From: an uncultured archaeon
GTDB taxonomy: Archaea > Thermoplasmatota > Penumbrarchaeia > JASLWR01
Direction: 5' to 3'
Length of the DNA: 64,000 nt
Assembly: GCA_964430885.1 (NCBI GenBank)
Contig: CAYSHM010000004.1
Location: forward strand, 64,001 to 128,000
Notes under the pieces: model-generated
Seen by the model: only the letters and a program-made list of their open reading frames with translations
Told to the model about the DNA's origin: nothing
Database searches by the model: none
Made by a program: the position numbers and the translations under genes
Shown: positions 9,718 to 22,165 of the stretch, piece by piece
How positions within the stretch are numbered: the stretch's first letter is position 1
How the letters are laid out: every line of letters starts with the position of its first letter

Positions 9718-10013
9718 GCAAAAATAAGTTATTTATCCCTCGCTCCATTTTTTCTTTTTTTTCAGGTCTACCACTCAGTTTATTACTTTTATCTGAGAAA
9801 TTTCTTGTTCGGAATGCTTTTTCTCAACTGCATTACACTTCCAAATACGGTGGTTTTCTTTGAAATGTGTGCTAAAACTTAATAAAGCAGTTGTTGTAAA
9901 ATACCCTTTGACAATGAGAAATATTACTAACCAAAGGACCTTACATGGTTTGTATTGGCATAGAATATAATAAATTGCTCAAATGAATAATAATAATTGG
10001 AGAGATGATGCTT

Positions 10014-10175
10014 ATGGGTTTCAAGTTTACATGCGACATTTGTGAATCTGAGGTCGGCAGTCCAAAACATATCACCGGATTGAAGTCAGGTCTTCTAACT
10101 GTGTGTGAAGATTGTAAGAACCACCTTAGAAAATATGCATCTCACTTAAGGAAGAAGGCAAAATCAGGAAAATAA
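10014..10175 (+). CDS. Small zinc-finger protein (53 aa), absent from the ORF track
   Basis: MGFKFTCDICESEVGSPKHITGLKSGLLTVCEDCKNHLRKYASHLRKKAKSGK*; GGAGA SD; in-frame ATGs at 10005, 10008 and 10014. Confidence 0.7.
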   Translation: MGFKFTCDICESEVGSPKHITGLKSGLLTVCEDCKNHLRKYASHLRKKAKSGK

Positions 10176-10456
10176 TCTGAAAAATGATTGGCAGTTCAAT
10201 TTAAAATACCCTGATTCATAATTCATGTTTCAGTTTGATATCTGCCCAAAGGTTTGTGTGCACTTTTAAATTAACCATTTAAGAAGTAGCGGTTTCACGA
10301 TTGGAATATGAATATCATCGTTAGTCACCGTTCATGTCCCACCCCAGTGCTGATAACGTTAATCTATTCTTTTCAGTCAAATAACTTTCTAAAAAGATTT
10401 TTTATACTTTCCCCTATTTTTGAGACACAATTTCATTAATGATGATATAAATCTGA

Positions 10457-11794
<1,338 letters not shown>

Positions 11795-12050
11795 TGAAAT
11801 TAAGTGTCATTAACAATCATTATGCAAATAATCCGGTAGATATGCATGCCGGCTAAATGTTATTGATCATTCACTAGATTTGAATCTATTTATTCCGAAT
11901 AATCCAATCACTACATTTTTTATTTCAATAGCAATATATATATTCGGTTAGCAATTGGAAATTTTAATGGAATTGCCTGCCAATTTATGTTTCAAATCTG
12001 TAAGACAAAATCTGTTTGTGGTCGGAATGTGACCGGAACCGGGTGTTACC

Positions 12051-15000
12051 ATGAGAGGTAAACTATTCATTGTACTGATATGTATTGTACTGATACTGAC
12101 TGCTATTCCGTATATCGCTATTTTTCCCCAGAAGGAATCCGGTCATGAGAAATATTCGGACACATCTCCTGATACTATTATTCCAGGTGTTGACAGTGAC
12201 GGTGACGGCCTCCAGGACGGCGAGGAGGACTATAATGATGATGGAATACTAGATCCTCTTGAAACAGATCCCTTCGATGCAGATACCGATAGCGATCTTC
12301 TTGAAGATGGAATTGAGTACGGATATTGGGAGAACAAAATGGCTCAGGTTGCTCAGGATGGAATTCCCGTTTGGGTCCAGGATGCCTATTTGAACGAATC
12401 TCCTGCTGACATGGAGAAAAGGTTTGGGCCTGTTGCAGATCTGGATGATGATGGAGCGGTGAATATCAGAGATCCAGATTCAGATAATGACGGTCTTATG
12501 GATGGCCATGAGTTAGACATAGGAACTGACCCTGCAAATCCTGATACAGATGGTGACGGCATACCTGATGGTCAGGATGAGCAGGCTACGGACAGCAGGG
12601 ATGTGGACGGCGACGGCATACCCGATGATTGGGAGGATCATTATGATGTCGATGACCCTGATGCCGACCCGGACAATGACGGCAAGACCAATAAAGAGGA
12701 GTTCGAGGAAGGGACGGATCCCACCCATCCAGGAGAGGGCGAATCGGAACTGGGTACCGACATGGTGCTCTCGGATATGGGTTTTCACCCGGGAGACCCT
12801 GAGAAGATATTATTCTACGTAACCCCTGATGATCCTCTTGAACCCCCTTCTTACTGGCGTCTTAGAACCTATGATCGATATACTCTTAACGGCTGGACCA
12901 ACAATTATGATAACAGCGCCCCGTATTCCGGTGAGGAGATAGATACTGAAGTTACTTTTGGGGTGAATGTCACCTATAAGAAGTTCCAAATAGTGTTCTG
13001 GGGAAGTTCCAAGGGATTTCTTCCAACCGCTCTTCATACCAACATATTGTATGATGTAATATACAATCAATCAGTCCAGAACACATCAGCTCCCCTGGTG
13101 AGGTATGACACAGGGGAGTTTTATTCTAGCATTCTTGTGAAGTCATATTATTTCTCCCATGATTCATATTATTTCTCCCCCGCGAACCTCCATAATGCCA
13201 CGGTACCCGCCAGGGTTGAAATGCCTCTCATGTACGAAATTCCCAATTCAACTTTCAATTTCGTATCCGATATTGCGTCGGATATACCCGGCTTGGACGC
13301 CCCTGCTCCTTACCAGAGGGCACTGAATATAATGCAGTACCTGGATGAGAACTGCGAATACAACATATCAACAACAATGGATCCGGATCAGGATTGGGTT
13401 ATAGATTTCTTAGGAAACAAAACTACAGGCAAATGCATAGATTTCGCCACAGCCTTTGTGGTACTGGCTAGAATGGGTGATCTTCCTGCAAGATTGGTCA
13501 CTGGCTACAGCCCTGGTGTCATGGTCAATGGGCAGCGCGTTGTAAAGGCCGGGCATAAGCACGCTTGGGCCGAGGTATATTTCAATGATCTGGGTTGGGT
13601 TCAGTTCGAGGTCACGCCCTACAATAACGGCCGGGAGGGCGGCACTGGTGTTGATACCAACGGGAGCGATCCGTCGGTTCACACTTGGGATGGCTCTCCA
13701 GCAGACGGTCACGGCACTAACAATGGCAAGGTGGAAAACAAGACAAGGGATAGTGATGGTGACGGTTTGACTGACTGGGAGGAGAACAACGTTTTCAATA
13801 CCGATCCTCTAAACGTTGATACTGACGGCGACGGTCTGAACGACAGCGCTGAATTATTTGATTTCTTCACCGATCCTCTGGATTACGATACGGACAAGGA
13901 TAATCTTACAGATTACGAGGAGATAATAATCCACAACACCAGTGCCCGTTCGCCCGATACCGACAATGACGGTCTGAACGATGGAGCAGAGGTCCAGATA
14001 TATTTTACAAATCCCCGAAATCCCGATACTGATGATGATGATATTGATGATCTCAGGGAGATAAAATACTATCATACTGATCCAAGATTGAAAGATACTG
14101 ATGATGATGGTATAGATGACAATGAAGAGGTCCTTTGGGGAAAAGATGGACAGGTATCCGATCCAACGTCCGCCGATAGCGACGGCGACGGTTTGAGCGA
14201 CGGAGCTGAGATTAATGAGAATGGGACCGATCCGGCCCAGATGGACAGCGATTACGACCAGCTTATAGATGGCGATGAGGTTTACCAATATCATACTGAC
14301 CCAACCTTGCCAGATACCGATGGTGACGGCCTCATGGATGGATTGGAAGTACTGCAGTTCAATACCGATCCCAACGAAAGGGACACGGACGGCGATGGTG
14401 TAGAGGATGGAATGGAGATATGGACCGGAACCGATCCGCTGGAGGCGACCAGGGCTTCCTACCAGACCGACGAGGACGGTGATGGCCTACAGGAATTCAT
14501 GGAGGGTCTTTTCGGGACGAATTCTTCTATGATGGACACTGATAATGACGGGCTCTCGGATGCCTCTGAGCTGTTTGCCTTCTTCACCAATCCTTCTTCC
14601 AATGATACGGATATGGACGGTATAGAGGATAATGTTGAGCTGTTCCAGACATTTACTTCCCCTCGGCTTTCCGATTCCGATTCCGATGGTTTGTCAGATT
14701 TAATGGAGATTGATGAATTGGGTACTAATCCCCGCTCTGTTGATTCGGATCATGATGGCCTCTCTGATGGAGCTGAAATTGATAATGGCACTTCACCTAA
14801 GGATTGGGATTCCGATGGAGGTGGTCTGTCGGATGGTTATGAATTGGGGAATTCATTGGACCCGCTTGAACCCGGGGATGATAATTCCCTTATGGACAGT
14901 GACGGTGATGGCCTAAGCGATGCCGATGAATTGAACCGCGCTACAGATCCTGCTTTCTGGGATTCTGATGGCGATGGCATTTCCGATGGTCAGGAAGTTT

Positions 15001-18000
15001 TCTTCCTGAAGTCAGATCCTTTATCAAATGATACGGATAATGACGGTCTTTTGGATAGATTTGAAGCTTTCAATACTGGTTTATCCCCCATTAAGAACGA
15101 TACAGATAGTGATGGATTGGATGATTGGCAGGAGAGAGAGGTATATCACACGAGCCCTGTTTTCCCTGACACCGATACCGACGGCATAAACGATTATGCC
15201 GAAACCCAGGATGCAAGAATATCTCCTCTTGATTTGGATACAGACCGCGATGGTTTGGCAGATGGTGTAGAGGTACTGCATTTATGTGATCCGGGCAACC
15301 CCGATACTGATGGTGGTGGAGCATTGGATGGTGTAGAGATATTTGCAGGAGGTCATGATCCGCTGGTTCCTGCTGATGATGTGGATCTTATAGATACTGA
15401 TAGGGACGGTCTCAATGATTACCAGGAAATGAATGTATATGGAACTGACCCCAATGATCCTGACAGCGATAATGACACTATATGGGATGGTATGGAGATC
15501 GAAGATATTGGATCAGATGCCCTTGACAATGACACGGACAATGATACAATACTGGACGGTATGGAGGTTTTTACATACGGTACGAATCCTCTTTCAAATG
15601 ATACTGACATGGATAATCTGACTGATGATGCCGAGATCAATACCTATCAGACCAGCGCCACCAGTAACGATACTGACATGGATAATCTAAATGATTGGAT
15701 GGAGATCTTCATTTATCAGACCAGTCCTCTGACGAGCGATACTGACAGTGATGGTCTTACGGATAGCGAAGAACTGTTCATACAGAACACCAATCCTTTG
15801 GATGAAGATACGGATATGGACGGTGTTCTTGACGGATGGGAGGTTTTTTATGGTTTTGATCCTCTGAACGGAACCGATGTTTTCACTGATGAGGATGCCG
15901 ACGGTCTTACTACCATAGAGGAATTTTTAAATGGAACGGATCCCACCTTGAACGATACTGATGCCGATGGTATCAGTGATGGTCAGGAAGTGTTAAATTA
16001 TGGGACCGACCCCTTGGACACTGATACAGATTCCGATACGATTGATGACTGGGATGAGATTTTCACTTATGGGACGGATCCCCTTCTCGTGGATAGCGAC
16101 GGTGACAATATGACCGATGGATGGGAGGTAGTGAACAATCTGAATCCAAATAGCCCCATCGATAGAGGTGAGGATCCTGACGCTGATGGTATGACTAATA
16201 TTGGCGAATTCTACAATGACACTGATCCCTGGTCAAATGATACTGATGCCGATGGCCTTTTGGATGGTAATGAGCTGAGTCTAGGATGCAATCCCCTTCA
16301 TAATGATACTGATGCCGATGGCCTTTTGGACGGCGAGGAGGTTTTTGTATACTCCACCGATCCATTGAGCGGCGATAGCGATCTAGATGGATTGGATGAT
16401 TGGGATGAAATATTTGATCATCTAACGAATCCCATTAGCAATGATACGGATGGTGACGGCCTTCTGGACGGCGAGGAGGTGGATGATTATTCCACTTCAC
16501 CTCTCTTGAACGATACAGATACAGATAATCTGACGGATTACCAAGAGATAAAAATTTACTTCACTGATCCCTTGGAATCCGATTCAGACAGTGACGGCCT
16601 GACCGATTACGATGAGATTATCTTCCATAATACGTTGCCCTTGGAGCCTGATACAGATCAGGGCGGTTTGGATGACGGAACTGAAGTGCTTCTGGGCCGT
16701 GACCCCTTAAATCCAGACGACGACGAGGACCCTGTTTCAGAGATACCTTCTCTTCCAACTTTCCTTAAGATCGATTATTATCCTGAGAACCTTACAAAGC
16801 TGGAGACAGGAGAATTCATAGTGAGAGGAACTGTGGTCGATATGAACGGGACACCACTTCTCGGTATTCACGTGGATGTACTCATGAACCGAACCCTGAA
16901 TGAGACCGGCATCAGCATTGGATCGGCCACGTCTGATTCCCAGGGTCATTTCGAAGCTGAATGTGAATTGGAGCCTGGGTTGGCGGTAGGCATTAATTTC
17001 CTCAGGACCCATTCCGTTACCCGCCGGATCGGGAATTATCTCTATAAAGGTGCCTGGGATGGTGGTGATTCAACGATTTCTATTTCTTCCCCAACGATAT
17101 TGAGATTTATCAGCCCCTCTCCTGGAGCTCAGGTGCCTCATGGCAGAAAGTTCAACGGTACGGTGGTTCTGAAGGATGGAGATGGAATATCCCTTTCCGA
17201 TCAGCCCCTCTCAATCTTTTGGGAAGGAGGCCAAAGACAGGATATCCGTACGGATTCCGAAGGTCTTGCAAGATTTACCTTTACGGCACCTGAAACGTTG
17301 GGTAAATATAATCTGTATGGTGAATACTTTGGATCCCGATTCCTTTTCACCTCGAATGCCACTATTGAGATCATAGTATCCGCTTTTGGTGTGGATATAT
17401 TCCTTGATAACATCACTGATACCAATCCATCCGACGTTTTCATGTGTGACGGATCCATAAATATATCCGGTAGGGTATTGGCTGTGAATGGAACTCCGGT
17501 CCCCAACGGAAGGGTACAAGTAACACTCAAGGGCCGGGAGATAAATAATGTTCAGATATTTGACCGGTTCGAGCTTATCACAGATGCTGCAGGCAGCTAT
17601 TCCAAGAACTATGAACTTATAGCTGATGTTTGGAGAGCTGGTAGATATGAGCTGTATGCTTCTTTCATGGGCAGTATATATTATCCGGCAAGCTCTGCTC
17701 CAACCGATGAACAGTTCATATATATTACTGGCAAGACCTATTTTACCTACACGTCTTTGGAGGTTGACCGGGGCAGTTCAGTTACTTTCACCAGCGTTCT
17801 TACCGATAACACAGGTCAGGGACTGTCCGGCGAGGAAGTCAATATCACCTATTTAGGGAGCACTCTGCCTCCCAAAATAACTGATTATAACGGGCAGGTA
17901 TCATTTGAATTCGAGGTTCGCGCTGATTTTCCTCTAGGCCCTGTGAATGTTTTCCTTTATTATCCCGGCAGATATCATGACGGGAAGGAAAAATTCCTGT

Positions 18001-19109
18001 CCTCATCCGGGACTGGGAGAATAGTAGTATCCACCGATACCCAGGTGGAGCTTTACGGGGAACCGGGCAATGTTACGAGAGGTGAAGGGGTCACCATATC
18101 CGGAAGAATACTAAATGATAAGGGTGAGCAGATATATCCTTCCCCGGACCTTGATGAGGAAGACTATTTGCTTCTAGTTCATTTTTTCATAAATGAGAAA
18201 GAGATACAGAACACTACGGTTGATATCGACGGGACTTTCATTGATAATCTAATGGTCCCTCTAAGCGCTGACAGAGGTAAGGCGATCCTTAAAGTGGTCT
18301 TTAACGGATACGGTAATGGCTACCGGCAGAGCCAGACTGAAATGCCGTTCTATATATATGCAAATACCCATCTCAACATCATTGTTGATGAGGACCAGGA
18401 AATACTGCCTGGTTCTCTGGTCAATGTCAAGGTTAGGCTATTGGGTGATAGAGGTCAGGGATTAGGGGAAAAACCCGTGGAAGTGAAGCACGGGGATATT
18501 ACCCGTAATATGTTCACTGATTATTTCGGCCGGTTGAACTTCACTCTGGAGTTCCCCACGGATCAGAAAGAAATGAGTATTAGGGCCATTTATCCCGGCT
18601 CCCGAATATCCTTCTACGAATCTGCGGATGATAGACTTACTGTGGAATTATCGGAAGAGGGTAAGAAAACACTATCCTCCTCCTCTGAATCTGATATGGG
18701 AGGATATCTACCTATTCTTGTAAGTATCTGTCTTATAGCAATAATACTTTTCGCATGGTATAAATGGCGAAAACGGCACGTTAAAGAGATGAAGACCCTA
18801 TTCGAGGAAGCCTTGGAACTCTTGGAGACCAGTGATGAGATCAGAAACGTGATCTACCTTACATACATAGAGATGATGGAGATATTGAGGAAATACGGTT
18901 TCATGCGTAAGAAACACCAGACGCCCATGGAGTTCTATATGATAGTATCAAGGATGGTCCCTTCAATAAGCTCCCGCAATATCTATAGGCTCACTGACCT
19001 TTTCCAGGAAGCAAGATACTCCGAACATGAATTCGAAGAAAAGGAAAAATTCAGGGCTAAGAAATATTTCAGGATGTTCAGCCGGGGACTTGACAGTCAA
19101 GGTGAATAG
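12051..19109 (+). CDS. Giant membrane-anchored transglutaminase-like (TgpA-like) protein with DxDxDG calcium-binding repeats, Ig-like stalk, TM and DUF4129-like tail
   Basis: N-terminal signal/anchor; YWR..YDRY; GKCIDFATA (Cys), HAWAEVYF (His), GWVQFEVTP; dozens of D(T/S)DxDGLxDxxE repeats; C-terminal TM then QTPMEF..LTDLFQEARYS. Confidence 0.88.
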   Translation: MRGKLFIVLICIVLILTAIPYIAIFPQKESGHEKYSDTSPDTIIPGVDSDGDGLQDGEEDYNDDGILDPLETDPFDADTDSDLLEDGIEYGYWENKMAQVAQDGIPVWVQDAYLNESPADMEKRFGPVADLDDDGAVNIRDPDSDNDGLMDGHELDIGTDPANPDTDGDGIPDGQDEQATDSRDVDGDGIPDDWEDHYDVDDPDADPDNDGKTNKEEFEEGTDPTHPGEGESELGTDMVLSDMGFHPGDPEKILFYVTPDDPLEPPSYWRLRTYDRYTLNGWTNNYDNSAPYSGEEIDTEVTFGVNVTYKKFQIVFWGSSKGFLPTALHTNILYDVIYNQSVQNTSAPLVRYDTGEFYSSILVKSYYFSHDSYYFSPANLHNATVPARVEMPLMYEIPNSTFNFVSDIASDIPGLDAPAPYQRALNIMQYLDENCEYNISTTMDPDQDWVIDFLGNKTTGKCIDFATAFVVLARMGDLPARLVTGYSPGVMVNGQRVVKAGHKHAWAEVYFNDLGWVQFEVTPYNNGREGGTGVDTNGSDPSVHTWDGSPADGHGTNNGKVENKTRDSDGDGLTDWEENNVFNTDPLNVDTDGDGLNDSAELFDFFTDPLDYDTDKDNLTDYEEIIIHNTSARSPDTDNDGLNDGAEVQIYFTNPRNPDTDDDDIDDLREIKYYHTDPRLKDTDDDGIDDNEEVLWGKDGQVSDPTSADSDGDGLSDGAEINENGTDPAQMDSDYDQLIDGDEVYQYHTDPTLPDTDGDGLMDGLEVLQFNTDPNERDTDGDGVEDGMEIWTGTDPLEATRASYQTDEDGDGLQEFMEGLFGTNSSMMDTDNDGLSDASELFAFFTNPSSNDTDMDGIEDNVELFQTFTSPRLSDSDSDGLSDLMEIDELGTNPRSVDSDHDGLSDGAEIDNGTSPKDWDSDGGGLSDGYELGNSLDPLEPGDDNSLMDSDGDGLSDADELNRATDPAFWDSDGDGISDGQEVFFLKSDPLSNDTDNDGLLDRFEAFNTGLSPIKNDTDSDGLDDWQEREVYHTSPVFPDTDTDGINDYAETQDARISPLDLDTDRDGLADGVEVLHLCDPGNPDTDGGGALDGVEIFAGGHDPLVPADDVDLIDTDRDGLNDYQEMNVYGTDPNDPDSDNDTIWDGMEIEDIGSDALDNDTDNDTILDGMEVFTYGTNPLSNDTDMDNLTDDAEINTYQTSATSNDTDMDNLNDWMEIFIYQTSPLTSDTDSDGLTDSEELFIQNTNPLDEDTDMDGVLDGWEVFYGFDPLNGTDVFTDEDADGLTTIEEFLNGTDPTLNDTDADGISDGQEVLNYGTDPLDTDTDSDTIDDWDEIFTYGTDPLLVDSDGDNMTDGWEVVNNLNPNSPIDRGEDPDADGMTNIGEFYNDTDPWSNDTDADGLLDGNELSLGCNPLHNDTDADGLLDGEEVFVYSTDPLSGDSDLDGLDDWDEIFDHLTNPISNDTDGDGLLDGEEVDDYSTSPLLNDTDTDNLTDYQEIKIYFTDPLESDSDSDGLTDYDEIIFHNTLPLEPDTDQGGLDDGTEVLLGRDPLNPDDDEDPVSEIPSLPTFLKIDYYPENLTKLETGEFIVRGTVVDMNGTPLLGIHVDVLMNRTLNETGISIGSATSDSQGHFEAECELEPGLAVGINFLRTHSVTRRIGNYLYKGAWDGGDSTISISSPTILRFISPSPGAQVPHGRKFNGTVVLKDGDGISLSDQPLSIFWEGGQRQDIRTDSEGLARFTFTAPETLGKYNLYGEYFGSRFLFTSNATIEIIVSAFGVDIFLDNITDTNPSDVFMCDGSINISGRVLAVNGTPVPNGRVQVTLKGREINNVQIFDRFELITDAAGSYSKNYELIADVWRAGRYELYASFMGSIYYPASSAPTDEQFIYITGKTYFTYTSLEVDRGSSVTFTSVLTDNTGQGLSGEEVNITYLGSTLPPKITDYNGQVSFEFEVRADFPLGPVNVFLYYPGRYHDGKEKFLSSSGTGRIVVSTDTQVELYGEPGNVTRGEGVTISGRILNDKGEQIYPSPDLDEEDYLLLVHFFINEKEIQNTTVDIDGTFIDNLMVPLSADRGKAILKVVFNGYGNGYRQSQTEMPFYIYANTHLNIIVDEDQEILPGSLVNVKVRLLGDRGQGLGEKPVEVKHGDITRNMFTDYFGRLNFTLEFPTDQKEMSIRAIYPGSRISFYESADDRLTVELSEEGKKTLSSSSESDMGGYLPILVSICLIAIILFAWYKWRKRHVKEMKTLFEEALELLETSDEIRNVIYLTYIEMMEILRKYGFMRKKHQTPMEFYMIVSRMVPSISSRNIYRLTDLFQEARYSEHEFEEKEKFRAKKYFRMFSRGLDSQGE
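13749..16737 (+). repeat. Coding tandem array of ~22-23-aa DxDxDG (thrombospondin type 3-like) Ca-binding repeats, roughly 40-45 copies by eye
   Basis: Consensus TDPxxxDTDxDGLxDGxE; exact 29-nt duplicate at 16236-16264 and 16302-16330 (period 66 nt); a smaller array at about 12190-12725. Confidence 0.92.
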
Positions 19110-19153
19110 ATTGAACTCGGTTACGCTTATGCAGATTCCTCAAAAAGTCCCTT

Positions 19154-22024
19154 TCAAAGAGGGGGCGGAGGGATGTTCCTGGGCGGATCATTAATTTTTT
19201 GATCCGGCTCAGTTGGTAATTTGGCTTTGGCGGTTCGCACTTCAAAATTCAGCTCTTCCATATTCTTGCTCATTTCTCCGTTATTATCTTCATTGGACAA
19301 CATACTATTTTCCGATTGGTCATACTGATAGGGCATGCCTTGGTTGTCCATGTTTGCTCCAGGATCTGGCAAGGTGTAATGATGCTGAGGCTTCAAGCTT
19401 CTTTTAATGCAGGTATCTCTTTCTGATTCCCCCACCCTCTCCATTTCCACATGCCCCTCAAGACTGCCGTTCGGTTTATCTTTTCTTTTTTTCATAAATA
19501 CCAGCAATATGATTGCCGTTATGATGATTATTATAATTATGATAATCAGGCTGACCAATCCGCTGCTAAATCCAGCCTTTTCCTTTTTTCCGTTTGGTTC
19601 CCCATCGCTCCTCGGTTTCTCATCACCCGCCACCGTATCATTATCGTCATCATCCTCCATTTGGACGACGGGTGCGATTACCGTTATGTTCTTTGTTGAG
19701 ATGCTATAAAGTCCGGCGGAATCGGAAACAGTAAGGGTGACAGTATAATTACCGCTTTGGGCGTATGTATGGTTGACCAATAGCCCTTCTTCGTCATTTT
19801 TTATTCCGTCCCTTGAATCAAAATCCCATGAATAGGTGAGCATATCGCCGTGGATCAGATCGGGATCCTGTGCATCCTCATTGGAGAAAGATACAGTTAG
19901 GTTTTCTTTTACGGTAGTATTACCCTGTGCATCTATAATCTTCACAGTAATGTTCCCTGAAACCGGAGGGTCGTTGACATTGATCACATTAATTGTAGTA
20001 TTGAACCAGTCAGCTCCATCATATTCGTCTTTTACGGAGAAGTTTACTCTATATGTGCCGATATCATCATTATCAGGTTTAAAGGTGAAGTTACCGGTTT
20101 CTTCATTCAGCGACCATTTATCAGAACTTATTCCATTTTGGCTGAAATTTGTTGCAAAAGTTAGTTTCTCGTAGGGGTCATGGGGAAGGTCAGGGTCAGC
20201 CGTTTTAAGGCTGAAATTCAGCCACTGTTTCTCTAAAACCTCCATTTCTTCCATTTCACTAATTATTGGTTCATCATTTGTGTTTACTATCGATATATTG
20301 AGGAAGTATGAACTTTGAAGTGCGTTCTGGGCCGACCCGTTCATGTCATTGATCATCAGGGAGAAGTTAATGTTTCCAATATGATGATCGTCAGGTTCGA
20401 TCGTCAGGTTTACTGCAAGGGGGTTATTGTTGTCAGGAAGCAGTTCAAGTATTTCGGAATATGAAAAATGGTCTTTCAGTGTTACAAGAGGGATATCCCC
20501 GTCTACATCACCTGCCAGGAATTTAAAGTAATTGATCTGTCCTTCCTTTGCTTCCAAATTGATGTCCGTTTGCTCTCCATCAATCTCAGTTCCGTTAATC
20601 GATAGGAAATGCGGAGGATCATTTGTGGGAATTACAGTGACCATAAATGGCTCTGTTCCGACCGATAATCCCTCTACATCTTCGGCTGATAACACAAAGA
20701 GAAGTTCTCCGAAATAGTCTTTTTCAGTTCTGAAATCCACATGCATAGTGGATAGATTTACCCCTGCTGTGATTTTCGATGTATTACCAGTTATATGAAA
20801 GGTTAGATTATCAAACGGTTCATCATCTCTGAAGTGATCCCGCAGGTCAATCAGGCCGATGCCTTGGTTGGAGTCCTCATGAAAACTATACATGCTGTTA
20901 TCGATATCAAGTATCAATTCAGGCGGTTGGTTGGGATAGATAACCTGATAATCAATGGATAGATTGTTTAATCTCAGTATTCCCGGTGAGTCAGCAAAGA
21001 GCGTTAGAGGAATATTTACAACCGCATCATCGGTATTGCTATTGACGCATTCCTGAAGTTTTTCTTTGAATGAATGCTGGTCGTTGATGGTTACCTTTTC
21101 GCGGTATTCCCCTTGATACTCCCATTCGGTATCCCCTGCATTGTTCACGTTCAGGGAAGGGTCCCAGGGATAGGAGGATATGTTGCCTCTGAACTCTACA
21201 TTGACAAAATCGGTCATGATCTCGGTGGTGCTTCCGTTGCCTGGGAGCGGTGTAGTAGCTATGAGATGTAATTTTTCATTGATGTCAAAAAACCTTTCGG
21301 GATTTGGATAGTATTCCCTTTCGAGTATTTTAATTGCTACAAATCCGCCCATGCTGAAGGTCTCTACCAGGTCCCAATCTGAAGTATCGTTGTTGTATAT
21401 GTAAATACTTCCGCAACATATACCTTGCCCATATGGGAAATTCCTAAATCCACTTCCTTTCCATTTGACTATTATTGAATCAAATTCCCAATCCACCTTA
21501 GAAAATGAAAAATGGTGGTAAACGAACTTGTTCATCTCACTGACTGATGAGAAAAGATCGTTGTTGTCGTCATTTATCTTCATATAATCCATGTTCCCGA
21601 AAGGAGTATCAGTATATTGCGATGGTTCATCTACGGGTATGGAATCGGAATTCCCCCACCAGGCTGAATTGTTGATAGTATCTGTAAAATTTCTGTTTTC
21701 GGAAATGCTCTCATTTAGAAATAATCCTTGGATGTCCATTGATGCGGATATTAATTCAGTATATTGCGGAAGATCAATGCTGGCCGAATGGTTATACCCA
21801 CCTTCAAGGAACTCGGAATCGATTGCTTCATTTCCGTTGCTGAATGTGTTCATTGTATGGCGCGTTCCGAGGACATCAATATTGTTCCAGTCATCCTTAT
21901 CAATATTGAAAATATCTTTTGATGATGAGGCGTGTTCAGTTAATATTCGGTTCAAACCCAATTGAGCGTTCATTGCGAGCAATGCAAATATCATCAATGT
22001 AATTATTAAAATCCTTTTTTTCAT
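19154..22024 (-). CDS. Single-pass surface protein with cadherin-like and PKD domains and a tail ending PPPPL (paralogue A)
   Basis: Signal peptide (ATG 22024; ORF open from 22033), NQPP/TNDPP/VNDPP cadherin-like junctions, LTYSWDF..HTY..GNYTVTLTVSD PKD, acidic linker, TM, KKRK. Confidence 0.85.
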   Translation of the reverse strand: MKKRILIITLMIFALLAMNAQLGLNRILTEHASSSKDIFNIDKDDWNNIDVLGTRHTMNTFSNGNEAIDSEFLEGGYNHSASIDLPQYTELISASMDIQGLFLNESISENRNFTDTINNSAWWGNSDSIPVDEPSQYTDTPFGNMDYMKINDDNNDLFSSVSEMNKFVYHHFSFSKVDWEFDSIIVKWKGSGFRNFPYGQGICCGSIYIYNNDTSDWDLVETFSMGGFVAIKILEREYYPNPERFFDINEKLHLIATTPLPGNGSTTEIMTDFVNVEFRGNISSYPWDPSLNVNNAGDTEWEYQGEYREKVTINDQHSFKEKLQECVNSNTDDAVVNIPLTLFADSPGILRLNNLSIDYQVIYPNQPPELILDIDNSMYSFHEDSNQGIGLIDLRDHFRDDEPFDNLTFHITGNTSKITAGVNLSTMHVDFRTEKDYFGELLFVLSAEDVEGLSVGTEPFMVTVIPTNDPPHFLSINGTEIDGEQTDINLEAKEGQINYFKFLAGDVDGDIPLVTLKDHFSYSEILELLPDNNNPLAVNLTIEPDDHHIGNINFSLMINDMNGSAQNALQSSYFLNISIVNTNDEPIISEMEEMEVLEKQWLNFSLKTADPDLPHDPYEKLTFATNFSQNGISSDKWSLNEETGNFTFKPDNDDIGTYRVNFSVKDEYDGADWFNTTINVINVNDPPVSGNITVKIIDAQGNTTVKENLTVSFSNEDAQDPDLIHGDMLTYSWDFDSRDGIKNDEEGLLVNHTYAQSGNYTVTLTVSDSAGLYSISTKNITVIAPVVQMEDDDDNDTVAGDEKPRSDGEPNGKKEKAGFSSGLVSLIIIIIIIIITAIILLVFMKKRKDKPNGSLEGHVEMERVGESERDTCIKRSLKPQHHYTLPDPGANMDNQGMPYQYDQSENSMLSNEDNNGEMSKNMEELNFEVRTAKAKLPTEPDQKINDPPRNIPPPPL

Positions 22025-22165
22025 TATAAACACCGGCCCAATAGAAACTCAATCTTCGTTATAAGTATGTTTTGGAACGATGGTCGAAATGATTCCCGCT
22101 TAAGATTTGTTATTTCGATCCTTTCTGACTTAATAAACATCCCCTCCCCACTCTTCTCCTCTCCT

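Noticed and set aside
12190-16737. Periodic repeats resembling a CRISPR array
   Set aside because: Repeats are degenerate at codon third positions and lie in one open frame; no constant repeat with unique spacers; no cas genes
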